Shown here in pieces: positions 37,446-45,627 of a stretch of DNA of 64,000 nucleotides. The notes below the pieces were generated by a model. The model did no database searches and was not told where the DNA came from. It saw nothing but the letters and a program-made list of their open reading frames with translations. The translations under genes were made by a program, and so were the position numbers. Source of the stretch: Desulfovibrio sp. (lineage in GTDB: Bacteria; Desulfobacterota; Desulfovibrionia; Desulfovibrionales; Desulfovibrionaceae); contig NZ_JAVESS010000010.1 of assembly GCF_034006445.1 (NCBI RefSeq), positions 28,933-92,932 of the forward strand, written 5' to 3'. Numbering within the stretch: the stretch's first letter is position 1; every line of letters starts with the position of its first letter.

Positions 37446-37570
37446 TAGGCAGTTTGTGAATGAAATGAGTAAATTACTCTACAAGAATTTTCATGAAATC
37501 CTTGCCACGAACAGCGATCAGGCGGTTTTGCGCCTGCCGTGAGCGAGAATTTCAAGTGTTCATTGCGCTA
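37446..37570. mobile_element. Degenerate family B element, copy 4
   Basis: TAGGCAGTTTGTGAATGAAATGAG...CAAGTGTTCATTGCGCTA is colinear with 24388-24515 with many substitutions. Confidence 0.72.
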
Positions 37571-37758
37571 AGGGCACTCCGTCATTGTGGCAGGGCGCGC
37601 ATTTGTCTGTCATATCCTCAAGCCTGTGCCATATAAGTATGCGCCATGCGGTGACGTGACATTTGCTCCGCACCGGCTGCCGTGCGGCAGACCTGCGCCA
37701 GCCACAGCGAGAGCGTGCCGCCGTTGCCTAAGCTTCCGGCTGCGGTTACACTGCCCGC

Positions 37759-38481
37759 ATGGACGCCAGTAATATTATTGAAAAGCTTGCTCTCGTCCCC
37801 CATCCAGAAGGGGGATATTACCGCCGTACCTATCAGTGCGGGCAGGTGCTGACGCCCAGGGGCATGCCTTGCGGGTTCGAGCAGCCCCGGCCCGTATCGA
37901 CAGCCATACTTTTTCTGCTGCGGGCAGGGCAATATTCGCGCCTGCACCGCATACGCCAGGACGAGTTGTGGCACTTTCACCTTGGCGGGCCGTTGCGGCT
38001 GGTCTGGATAGACAAAGTGGGCCGCGCCCGCGAGGTCATTTTGGGGCCGGATATTTTCAACGGGCAGGCCTTGCAGTTTGCCGTGCCCGGCGGCCAGTGG
38101 TTCGGGGCCACGCCAGCGCCCGGTTCCGGGTTTTCACTGGTGGGGTGTACGGTTGCTCCAGGTTTTGACTTTACCGATCTGCAGCTGGCCCGGCGTCACG
38201 AACTGGAGCGGCGTTTTCCTCTGGCGCTCGATTGTGTCCGCGAATTCTGCCCGCCAGACGGCCCGCCTGAAATTTTGCCAGAGATTTTGCCAAATCCTTC
38301 GCCAAATGCTTTGGCAAACGCGTTGCCAAACACTTTGCCAAACACTCTGGCAGCCGCCCCGCAAAGCACCCCATCAGCTGTTCCCATAAATGCCCCGGCT
38401 CTGGATTTGCCGCAGCATGCGCAAGGTGAGGCACGCTGCCATGAAGACGATCCTCTGTGGCACTGCAAGGGGCGGGCATGA
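37759..38481 (+). CDS. Cupin-superfamily protein (DUF985/YML079W-like)
   Basis: LVPHPEGGYY, TAILFLL, HRIRQDELWHFHLG, FSLVGCTVAPGFDF; repetitive tail EILPEILPN... Confidence 0.85.
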   Translation: MDASNIIEKLALVPHPEGGYYRRTYQCGQVLTPRGMPCGFEQPRPVSTAILFLLRAGQYSRLHRIRQDELWHFHLGGPLRLVWIDKVGRAREVILGPDIFNGQALQFAVPGGQWFGATPAPGSGFSLVGCTVAPGFDFTDLQLARRHELERRFPLALDCVREFCPPDGPPEILPEILPNPSPNALANALPNTLPNTLAAAPQSTPSAVPINAPALDLPQHAQGEARCHEDDPLWHCKGRA

Positions 38482-39110
38482 GCCGTTACGCCGTGCCTGC
38501 CGCCGCCCCGGATCAGCCGCACTGCACAGAAATGATCATCCGCCGCAGCCGCTTTCTTGCCCTTTGCGCCCACACGCCTGGGCCCGTTGCCGCCCGCGCT
38601 TTTGTGGAAGAAATACGCAGGCGTCACGCGGATGCCACCCATAACTGCTGGGCGTACGCGGCGGGAGCGCCGGGGCATACGGCCCAGATCGGCTCCTCCG
38701 ACGATGGCGAGCCTCACGGCACGGCTGGCCGGCCCATGTTGCAGGTAATGCTGCACAGCGGCGTGGGCGAGTTGTGCGTGGTGGTGAGTCGCTGGTTCGG
38801 CGGGGTCAAGCTCGGCACTGGCGGCCTTGTGCGCGCCTATCAGGACAGCGTGCGCGAAAATCTGTCTTCCCTTCCTCTGGTGGAGCGCGTGCCGAAGGCC
38901 CGCCTGGCCCTTACGGTGGAATACGCCCATGTGGACGCCCTGCGCCGTTTGCTGCCGACTTTTGAGGCGCAGACAGCGACCGAAGATTATGCGGCCCAGG
39001 CGCATTTTACGCTGCTGCTGCCCGAAGAGCATCTGGCGCAGTTCGAACTGGCCCTGGCAGGACTGAGCAATGGCTCGGCCCTTTGCCAGCGCGTTGAAGA
39101 AGACGTCTGA
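38478..39110 (+). CDS. yigZ: YigZ/IMPACT-family protein
   Basis: SRFLA, ATHNCWAY, DDGEPHGTAGRPML, RWFGGVKLGTGGLVRAY; ATGA overlap. Confidence 0.92.
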   Translation: MSRYAVPAAAPDQPHCTEMIIRRSRFLALCAHTPGPVAARAFVEEIRRRHADATHNCWAYAAGAPGHTAQIGSSDDGEPHGTAGRPMLQVMLHSGVGELCVVVSRWFGGVKLGTGGLVRAYQDSVRENLSSLPLVERVPKARLALTVEYAHVDALRRLLPTFEAQTATEDYAAQAHFTLLLPEEHLAQFELALAGLSNGSALCQRVEEDV

Positions 39111-39288
39111 ATCGCATTGGCGACAAGGTTCAGCGATACTACGCTGGGCAATGCGCCGAGACAGAACGCCGCGCGTGGGTGTTCTGTCTGCTGTTCCCCA
39201 CAACTTGGCATGCGCGAAAGGAAGATGCTTTTTCCTCCAGCAGTGGCAATGCATCTGCTGTTCACGTGCGCCTTGCCGGTACTTCCTC

Positions 39289-39640
39289 TAGAGCAGATCA
39301 ACTTTGAAATGCTTCTCATTTCAAAGTTTTCATTCAGCCGAAAAATGCGATTTGCGTCACCCACCAGCAGGCTGCACGTTCTATTAACCAATTGCTGTCT
39401 TTGCGGCAGTCGTTGGCGAGTCTACGAGCCTTACGAATGGCGACAGCGATTGCACAGAACAAAATGGATAGTTACTCATGCTGTCTTCAAGCGTAGTTTC
39501 CTGCGTCACAACGCTTTAAGCGTCCGTAGCTTCCTTCGTCGCAACGGCCAAAGCTCGGCTGAATCCACGCCACGTTGTGGCGCGCTGCACTTTCGTGCAG
39601 CGTTAGAGCATTTACATTTTTTCAAAGTTAAAATGCTCTA
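39289..39640. mobile_element. Long family C element (352 bp) with a ~201-bp internal segment
   Basis: Left arm to 39353 and right arm from 39555 match copy 31188-31338; 39354-39554 is extra. Confidence 0.82.
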
Positions 39641-40052
39641 ACATGTCTGATTTTTTGTTCCCCCTCGTTTCACTCTACTGTGTGTATAAGAATAGCCGGG
39701 TCTGGTGCCCCACGCTGCAATTGCCGCTGCAAGTGCTGCACACCGCGAGCCAGGGGTGCCCTTGGGTACAATGGACTGCTCCCTGGCAATCTCTTTTGAC
39801 GCGCATTACTCGCAGGTTTCTGTTAAAATAGTATAATACTAAAAAATAATTGTATGTTTTTATTGTGCTGAATGCATTTTATGTCTGGCTGTCTTGCTGC
39901 ACAAACCATGCTGAAATTTTCAGTTAAATAAAAGGGTGTGAAATTGTACTGTTGATTTATACCTAAACACATTGTATAAAAAAATGCATAATTATAATGA
40001 ATATGGTGTCAATAGACAGAGATAAATAAAACGCCAATGGGGGTAGACGTCT

Positions 40053-40757
40053 ATGTGTCGCACATTTCACGCCGTAACGCTGTGTATTAGTTTAGGATGC
40101 ATATTTTTTGTGATGTTGTTTTGCAAACCTGCTTTCAGTGCTGAGGATGCGTCAAATGTCCAGGCTCGCGCTGGTGCATTGCAGACATGGCGTGAACAAT
40201 GTGCCGACCCAGACCCGGACCTGCGCCTTGCATATATTGAAAGTGCAATTGCCAGCAATGATACCAGTATTCAGCGTATTTGCATACGGCTGGCTCTGCA
40301 GAGTGATAATGCTGACGTTCGCAACCTTGGTCTGCGTGCTGCGCTTGTATCTGTTCCGCAAATTACGTTTGTGACAACCATGCCCAGAAGTTTTGAAAAT
40401 GACCTTAGACACGCAGCTGGAGATGATAAAAAACTCAGTAACATAAAGAATAGTCCAGGGTATCGTCTGTATGAAGGTGTGAGGGGCGGATTAATCATGT
40501 GCAGTGAAAAAGTTGAATTTGAAAAAAATAATTTTATCTGGAATTCTCTGGCTTCAAATTCTGAAGTAAGAAGCGACTTCACCGGAAAGGCAGTAATCAT
40601 AGGGTCACGAATTAATTGGACAGGAAGAGTGTTCGGAATTGCTGGAACTGGGTATAATTGTACAATAAATGTGGCGCTTACAAGTGATGCAAAGCTGAGG
40701 GGTGTTCTTGATTGTCGCGATGCGGCTCCGATAGATATTATTGCGGATCTTTTATAG
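40053..40757 (+). CDS. Hypothetical exported protein (cassette gene 1)
   Basis: Signal peptide ending PAFSA; helical repeat-like segment DPDLRLAY...NADVRNLGLRA; lower GC. Confidence 0.75.
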   Translation: MCRTFHAVTLCISLGCIFFVMLFCKPAFSAEDASNVQARAGALQTWREQCADPDPDLRLAYIESAIASNDTSIQRICIRLALQSDNADVRNLGLRAALVSVPQITFVTTMPRSFENDLRHAAGDDKKLSNIKNSPGYRLYEGVRGGLIMCSEKVEFEKNNFIWNSLASNSEVRSDFTGKAVIIGSRINWTGRVFGIAGTGYNCTINVALTSDAKLRGVLDCRDAAPIDIIADLL

Positions 40758-40773
40758 AAATCAGAGGCATAAA

Positions 40774-41514
40774 ATGCGGATAGCTTTTTTTGCTTTATGC
40801 TGCTTCATGACAATGGCGTTGCCCGGTACGCTACCATCAAGCGCATTTTCAGCCGAGTCCTTGCCAGTGATTGAAGCTGACGCGGCATCGTTCAAAGAAA
40901 GTTTCGACCAGGCAGTACCAGTTTCAGGCAATATTATTGCGGGGCTCCGGTTTGGCGACGGGGCGAAAAAAATCTCCGCCAACGGCACATTTCTTGCGCC
41001 ACCGCAGGGGCGAGATGTTTGTGTGCGCGTTGTGACGAGGGATGGCCGGTTTTCGGCCAGCAACATCTATCGCTTGGCCAATGACGAACAGCTTTCTCAG
41101 GCCAATGCCGCAGGGAGGGTGCATTTGTCGCCCATAACCCACAGTTATGCTGAAAAACTCGTCAATTACGTCGTTGACGACCTGGCTGTCAGTGCCTTTA
41201 TGGCGAGTGAAGGGGGGTGCGCAGCGGGCAAAACGCCCTACGTGCCGCAAATTGTCAGTCAAGGTACCGAGAAGGTCTTTACTGTTCTTGTAAACTCAGG
41301 TGGCCGTTCCTGCCGTCTCACGCTTCAGCCGAACAGGAAAAGCGTTCAGTGCGCGCGTTTTTCAAACGGAGCGCGCATCGCCTATGATCAGGAATGCGTC
41401 ATGGATGTTTCGCACCTTACACCGGGCATCAATAACTTCGTACTGGTTCTGGACGATGGCTTTAATGAAGAACGCAGCAGCTTTCAGGTGATTGTTCCCA
41501 GCAACCTGCCGTAG
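40774..41514 (+). CDS. Hypothetical exported protein (cassette gene 2)
   Basis: Start moved to MRIAFF (GAGG upstream); signal peptide ending SAFSA; several Cys. Confidence 0.75.
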   Translation: MRIAFFALCCFMTMALPGTLPSSAFSAESLPVIEADAASFKESFDQAVPVSGNIIAGLRFGDGAKKISANGTFLAPPQGRDVCVRVVTRDGRFSASNIYRLANDEQLSQANAAGRVHLSPITHSYAEKLVNYVVDDLAVSAFMASEGGCAAGKTPYVPQIVSQGTEKVFTVLVNSGGRSCRLTLQPNRKSVQCARFSNGARIAYDQECVMDVSHLTPGINNFVLVLDDGFNEERSSFQVIVPSNLP

Positions 41515-41521
41515 GTGAAGC

Positions 41522-42562
41522 ATGCAATTTGCCGTTCCAAATCGTCGCCATTTTGTGCGCACCCTCAATGCCCATGTGCAAAGAAAGCCCCGGCGGTTTT
41601 TTATTGGTGCCAGTTTTTTTCTAGCGCTATTGCTGGTTATCGTCCTTTACCTGCTGGTAAAAAAGGAACCCTACGTCGTTGTTGACGCTCTTACAGAGTC
41701 CGTCATCTATCGCGTTCGACGTCCACAACTTGCTGCAGTTCCGCTTGAAAATGCACTTGTACGGGGCCACGTAGAAAATTGTTCACTATTTTCCGCTGCA
41801 GACGAGTCGTCAAATTTTACCGGAATTGTCACGCCTTCTGTTGGAAGTATCGTTACTTATCGGTTTACACCCTCAAAGGTGTCTATCGAAATTAATGGCG
41901 GAGATTATAGCGGTGGCAATTTGACCAGTGATGATGGCGTTATCTGCGCTTTGCCACAGAGTATCAGTTTTGTTGCGGACATCAATAACTTCGTCAGGCG
42001 TCCTCTGCCTCTCGTGGGACCCGCTGACATCGGGCGGGAAATGTCGGTGCCAGAATCAACCGCTGTACTGCAACGTTCCGGCAGAGATTTTATGTTTGGC
42101 GGAACGGTACAGGTGTTTGGACGGGCAGTGGCGCCGCCTTTTCGGGGAGATTTGTACCCTTCGTCCAGTAATTCTTTTCCCCTCCCCGCAGGGGGCAGAG
42201 TCTCGTCAGGTGATAGTCTCAGCGCTAAACAAAAAGATAGTGGCGCGCCGGCTTTTTACGGTGTGGTCAGCGTTGACTCCCAGTCCTTCAAAGTTTCTGC
42301 GTCTACTGTTTCCAAAAAACTCAAGCTCTATCGCTCGGGCATGAGCGGCGAAAAAGAAGTTTTTGGATTGGGCATGCTTGCATTGGTTTTTTCCGACCCA
42401 AGCGTGATATTTATCACTGTTTTTATCGCCAGTTTTTCCTTTTCGATGCAATTGCTGAAGACGTTGCACGACATAGCCAAAAAGAACTTCGAAAATTCAG
42501 AACCCGGTGATTCAGGCGAAATGGCCCAACCCGTGAAGGATGTTCCCCCCAATGAGCATTAG
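41522..42562 (+). CDS. Hypothetical membrane protein with two TM regions flanking a large loop (cassette gene 3)
   Basis: Hydrophobic FFIGASFFLALLLVIVLYLLV and GMLALVFSDPSVIFITVFIASFSF. Confidence 0.75.
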   Translation: MQFAVPNRRHFVRTLNAHVQRKPRRFFIGASFFLALLLVIVLYLLVKKEPYVVVDALTESVIYRVRRPQLAAVPLENALVRGHVENCSLFSAADESSNFTGIVTPSVGSIVTYRFTPSKVSIEINGGDYSGGNLTSDDGVICALPQSISFVADINNFVRRPLPLVGPADIGREMSVPESTAVLQRSGRDFMFGGTVQVFGRAVAPPFRGDLYPSSSNSFPLPAGGRVSSGDSLSAKQKDSGAPAFYGVVSVDSQSFKVSASTVSKKLKLYRSGMSGEKEVFGLGMLALVFSDPSVIFITVFIASFSFSMQLLKTLHDIAKKNFENSEPGDSGEMAQPVKDVPPNEH

Positions 42563-42619
42563 CTGGATGCGCATCCCTGAGCGTGAAAAAAAACTGCAGT
42601 CAGGCGGGGTGAGCAGGAT

Positions 42620-43735
42620 ATGAAAATAAGCCTGTTCGTCTTCATATTGCTGATCGAGGTAGTTTGCCTTCCGGCTGCATGGGCTGAAACTGTTCATATT
42701 CAGGCACGGAGCGGGGAAGTGGGGCATGGGTGGCTGTTTGGATCCATGATTGATGGTGCGTGCTGGATAGTTACCCCGGCCCACGTGGTCGCGTCGCCGG
42801 AAACGGGAGAGCTTGAGCCATTCTACTTTTATGACGGGACCGAGGCTACGGGACAAAGTGCCAAACCATTTCGGCTTGTGACTGGAAAAGCAGTGACTGC
42901 AAAAGCAGAAAAAGAAGCAGATGATCTGGCTTTTGCCCGTGTACAAACAGGCCGAACTGACGGAGCGTGCACTTCTCGCCTTGGGCTTCAAGATTATGCT
43001 TACAAAAACCTGCTTCAGCGACAAAGTGGCTTTTACATTGCCAATATGTTCAAAACGAGTTCTGGCACGTTTAACGTCACCTTATCCCGTAAGGGAGTGG
43101 ACGCTTATGGCGGTGCTTTGCTCGAATTTTTTTCTGACGACCCGCGATCTGAACCATTCATGCACCAGGGATTGAGCGGTGCAACAGTTATGGCTGATTT
43201 TGGAAATAAAATTCAGCCTGTTGCCATGGTGGTAAGTATCAGCGCTGATAAAAAAAGAATCACAGCCTTGCGCTACGATTTTATCAAGAAACGCTTTGAG
43301 AAAGGCCCTCTACCAGAGGACGTCTCTGTCAGAAAAGATGCTGACGATGGGGATTTTGACTTTAAAATCATTGAGGCAAAGTATATGCCCATGCCCGGCG
43401 ACAAAGGCCCGGACAGTTTACGAGGGAAAAACGGATGCTGGAAAGCAGCGGCCAAGGGCGGGCAACGCACTGTTGAGTTGATTTTTGCAGTTAAAAATTC
43501 CAATGCCACAGTCTCAAGCATTGAGGTATTTCAATCCAACGATTGCCAGACTGCCCCGGCAAAGTTCTGGATTGATCAACGTTCTCCCGGTGCGGAAGAA
43601 TGGCAGTTTGTTGCTGCGGGTTCCAGCACGAGTGAAGGTGTAAAGTGTACTGTCAACAGCAAGGGAGTTCGAGAATTTCGCCTGAAATTTATGGCGGACA
43701 AACCCGTGGGCGTGGCCAGATTGCGCCTGCGTTAA
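42620..43735 (+). CDS. Exported divergent trypsin-like serine peptidase with C-terminal beta domain (cassette gene 4)
   Basis: Signal peptide (AAWA-E); triad-like motifs IVTPAHVV, DDLAFARV, QGLSGATV in the right order. Confidence 0.65.
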   Translation: MKISLFVFILLIEVVCLPAAWAETVHIQARSGEVGHGWLFGSMIDGACWIVTPAHVVASPETGELEPFYFYDGTEATGQSAKPFRLVTGKAVTAKAEKEADDLAFARVQTGRTDGACTSRLGLQDYAYKNLLQRQSGFYIANMFKTSSGTFNVTLSRKGVDAYGGALLEFFSDDPRSEPFMHQGLSGATVMADFGNKIQPVAMVVSISADKKRITALRYDFIKKRFEKGPLPEDVSVRKDADDGDFDFKIIEAKYMPMPGDKGPDSLRGKNGCWKAAAKGGQRTVELIFAVKNSNATVSSIEVFQSNDCQTAPAKFWIDQRSPGAEEWQFVAAGSSTSEGVKCTVNSKGVREFRLKFMADKPVGVARLRLR

Positions 43736-44010
43736 TGACTTTTTATGCTGTATTGCAGCGGCGGCCCTATGCGAAGCCGCCCGCCATGAGCTTGCCGCGC
43801 CCTTTCAGCCTTTGCCGCAGGTGCGGCGTATGCCTTGAATCATGCGACAAAAAATGAGCGAACTAATCAGTATCTATACTGATGCGGCCCTTTTCACGCA
43901 ATGCCAGTCGCCATGCAAAGATCGCAAATTTGCCACAATCGCATAACGTATGCACTGCTAGATAGTTGCGTGCAACTGCCGTGAAAGAAAGCATTGCTGC
44001 GAATAGCTGC

Positions 44011-44088
44011 GCGCAACGGGCCGCAAGGGCCAGCGTCGTCGAGAATTCCGCGCAACAGGTCGCAAGGGCCAGCGCCGTCGAGAACTGC
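44011..44088. repeat. Two 39-bp tandem repeats
   Basis: GCGCAAC.GG.CGCAAGGGCCAGCG.CGTCGAGAA at 44011 and 44050. Confidence 0.75.
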
Positions 44089-44195
44089 GCACAATAGGCT
44101 GCAACGGTCAGCGTCGCAACAGGCAGCGTCGCACCGGGCGTACTGCGGGAGTGGCGGCAGCCTGATGGCAAAGGCCGTCCGCGCGGGTTTGGCGG

Positions 44196-45362
44196 TTATT
44201 CCACCACTTTCACAGGCAGGCCAGGGGCAAGGCGCACCTGGCCGTCAACGACCACCAGTTCGCCTTCCGCCAATGTCCCTTCCACAACGGTGACGCCCTT
44301 GTGCTCAAACAGGGCCTTCACTGTGCGGTAAGCGGCGCGGTTGTCCTTGTCCACAACATACACATAGGATTCATCCCGGCCGGACTGCACCGCGCGCGCG
44401 GGCACGGTGAGCACCTGTTCCCCCATGCCAAGGGGCAGTTCCACCTGCACGAACTGGCCTGGCCACAGGTGGCGGTCGGCGTTTTCAAAGGTGGCCCGCA
44501 GGCGGATGGTGCCGGTGCGCGTGTCCACGGTATTGTCGACGAGGGTCAGCAGCCCGTGTTCCGGTTGCGCGCCTGTGGGCGTGGCAGTAACGAGGACGCT
44601 TTCAGTGGCCATGCGGTCAAGTATGACGGGCAGATGGGCCTCAGGAACGGAAAAGCCCACATAGATGGGCGAAAGGGTGTCGATACTCACAATGGGCGTT
44701 GCGTCAGTGGACTTTATCATGTTGCCCTTATCCACATTGAGCGCTCCAACCCGTCCGCTTATGGGGGCCACCACTGTGCAGTAGGCAAGGTCAAGGGCCG
44801 CGCTTTCCTCGGCAGCCTTGTCAGACTGCACCGTGGCGCGCAGCGCTGCGGCCTGGGTGGCGGTCTGTTCGTAGGCTTCACGGCTCACATAGCCGCCGCC
44901 CACCAGTTTTCCGTAGCGCGCCATGTCATCCAGGGCCTTGTTGAGTTGGGCCTGCGATTTGGCCAGCATGCCGCGCTTTTCACGCAGGATAGCCTCGAAA
45001 GGGCGGGGGTCGATGGTGACAAGGGGTTGCCCTTCCCGCACATCCTGCCCTTCTGTAAAGTGGACCTGCTGTATTTCGCCCGCCACGCGAGGTCTGACGC
45101 CCACAGAGGCCGATGCCCGCACGTTGCCCACCACGTGCAGCAGGCGCGGCACATCGGCACGGGCCACAGCGGCCGTGCGCACAGGCGCCGCAGGCGGGCC
45201 GGACGTTTTCTGGTCGTCGCCAAAGCAGCCGTTCAGGGCTGGAAGCAACGCAAGGCTCAGGGCCAGCAGCAGTGCCCGTGGGAAGGGGGCGCGCCGCAGC
45301 TGCCCCGCAAGGCTGGTACAGGAAAAAAATGGCGTCGCCGGGCGGTTGTCAAAGGGCGTCAT
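44196..45362 (-). CDS. RND efflux membrane-fusion protein (MdtA-like)
   Basis: Lipobox-like ALNGC, VRPRVAG, LVTIDPRP, APISGRVG, DTRTGT, LWPGQF. Confidence 0.9.
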   Translation of the reverse strand: MTPFDNRPATPFFSCTSLAGQLRRAPFPRALLLALSLALLPALNGCFGDDQKTSGPPAAPVRTAAVARADVPRLLHVVGNVRASASVGVRPRVAGEIQQVHFTEGQDVREGQPLVTIDPRPFEAILREKRGMLAKSQAQLNKALDDMARYGKLVGGGYVSREAYEQTATQAAALRATVQSDKAAEESAALDLAYCTVVAPISGRVGALNVDKGNMIKSTDATPIVSIDTLSPIYVGFSVPEAHLPVILDRMATESVLVTATPTGAQPEHGLLTLVDNTVDTRTGTIRLRATFENADRHLWPGQFVQVELPLGMGEQVLTVPARAVQSGRDESYVYVVDKDNRAAYRTVKALFEHKGVTVVEGTLAEGELVVVDGQVRLAPGLPVKVVE

Positions 45363-45536
45363 GGATATATCCTTAAAAGAAGCATGGCAGCGAATATACG
45401 GACAGCGCAACGCAGGGCCTCACTGGGCGGCCTGAACCAAGAGCGGGTATGACCATGCGGACAGGGTGAAGCAAGGGCCGCCCGGCGTCAAGCGAATAGA
45501 GGCATTTGGGGGCCTATTTGGGGCTGTTTGCCAACA

Positions 45537-45564
45537 TTGACTTTCACCCCCTTCCCGGCATAAT
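45537..45564 (+). promoter_or_regulatory. Sigma70 promoter of speA
   Basis: TTGACT-N16-CATAAT. Confidence 0.6.
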
Positions 45565-45627
45565 TACGCCTCTTTTTTTGCAGCAGGATTTTAACCCTCG
45601 CCCGTAGGGCGATACAAGGAGTGCGAG

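Noticed and set aside
39117-39641. 174-aa ORF as a transposase of the long family C element
   Set aside because: No DDE, HTH or HUH motif; it starts outside the element and is largely repeat sequence
43863-44171. Remnant of the missing RND pump gene (PVATL resembles AcrB N-termini)
   Set aside because: Similarity stops after five residues; the rest is the 39-bp repeat
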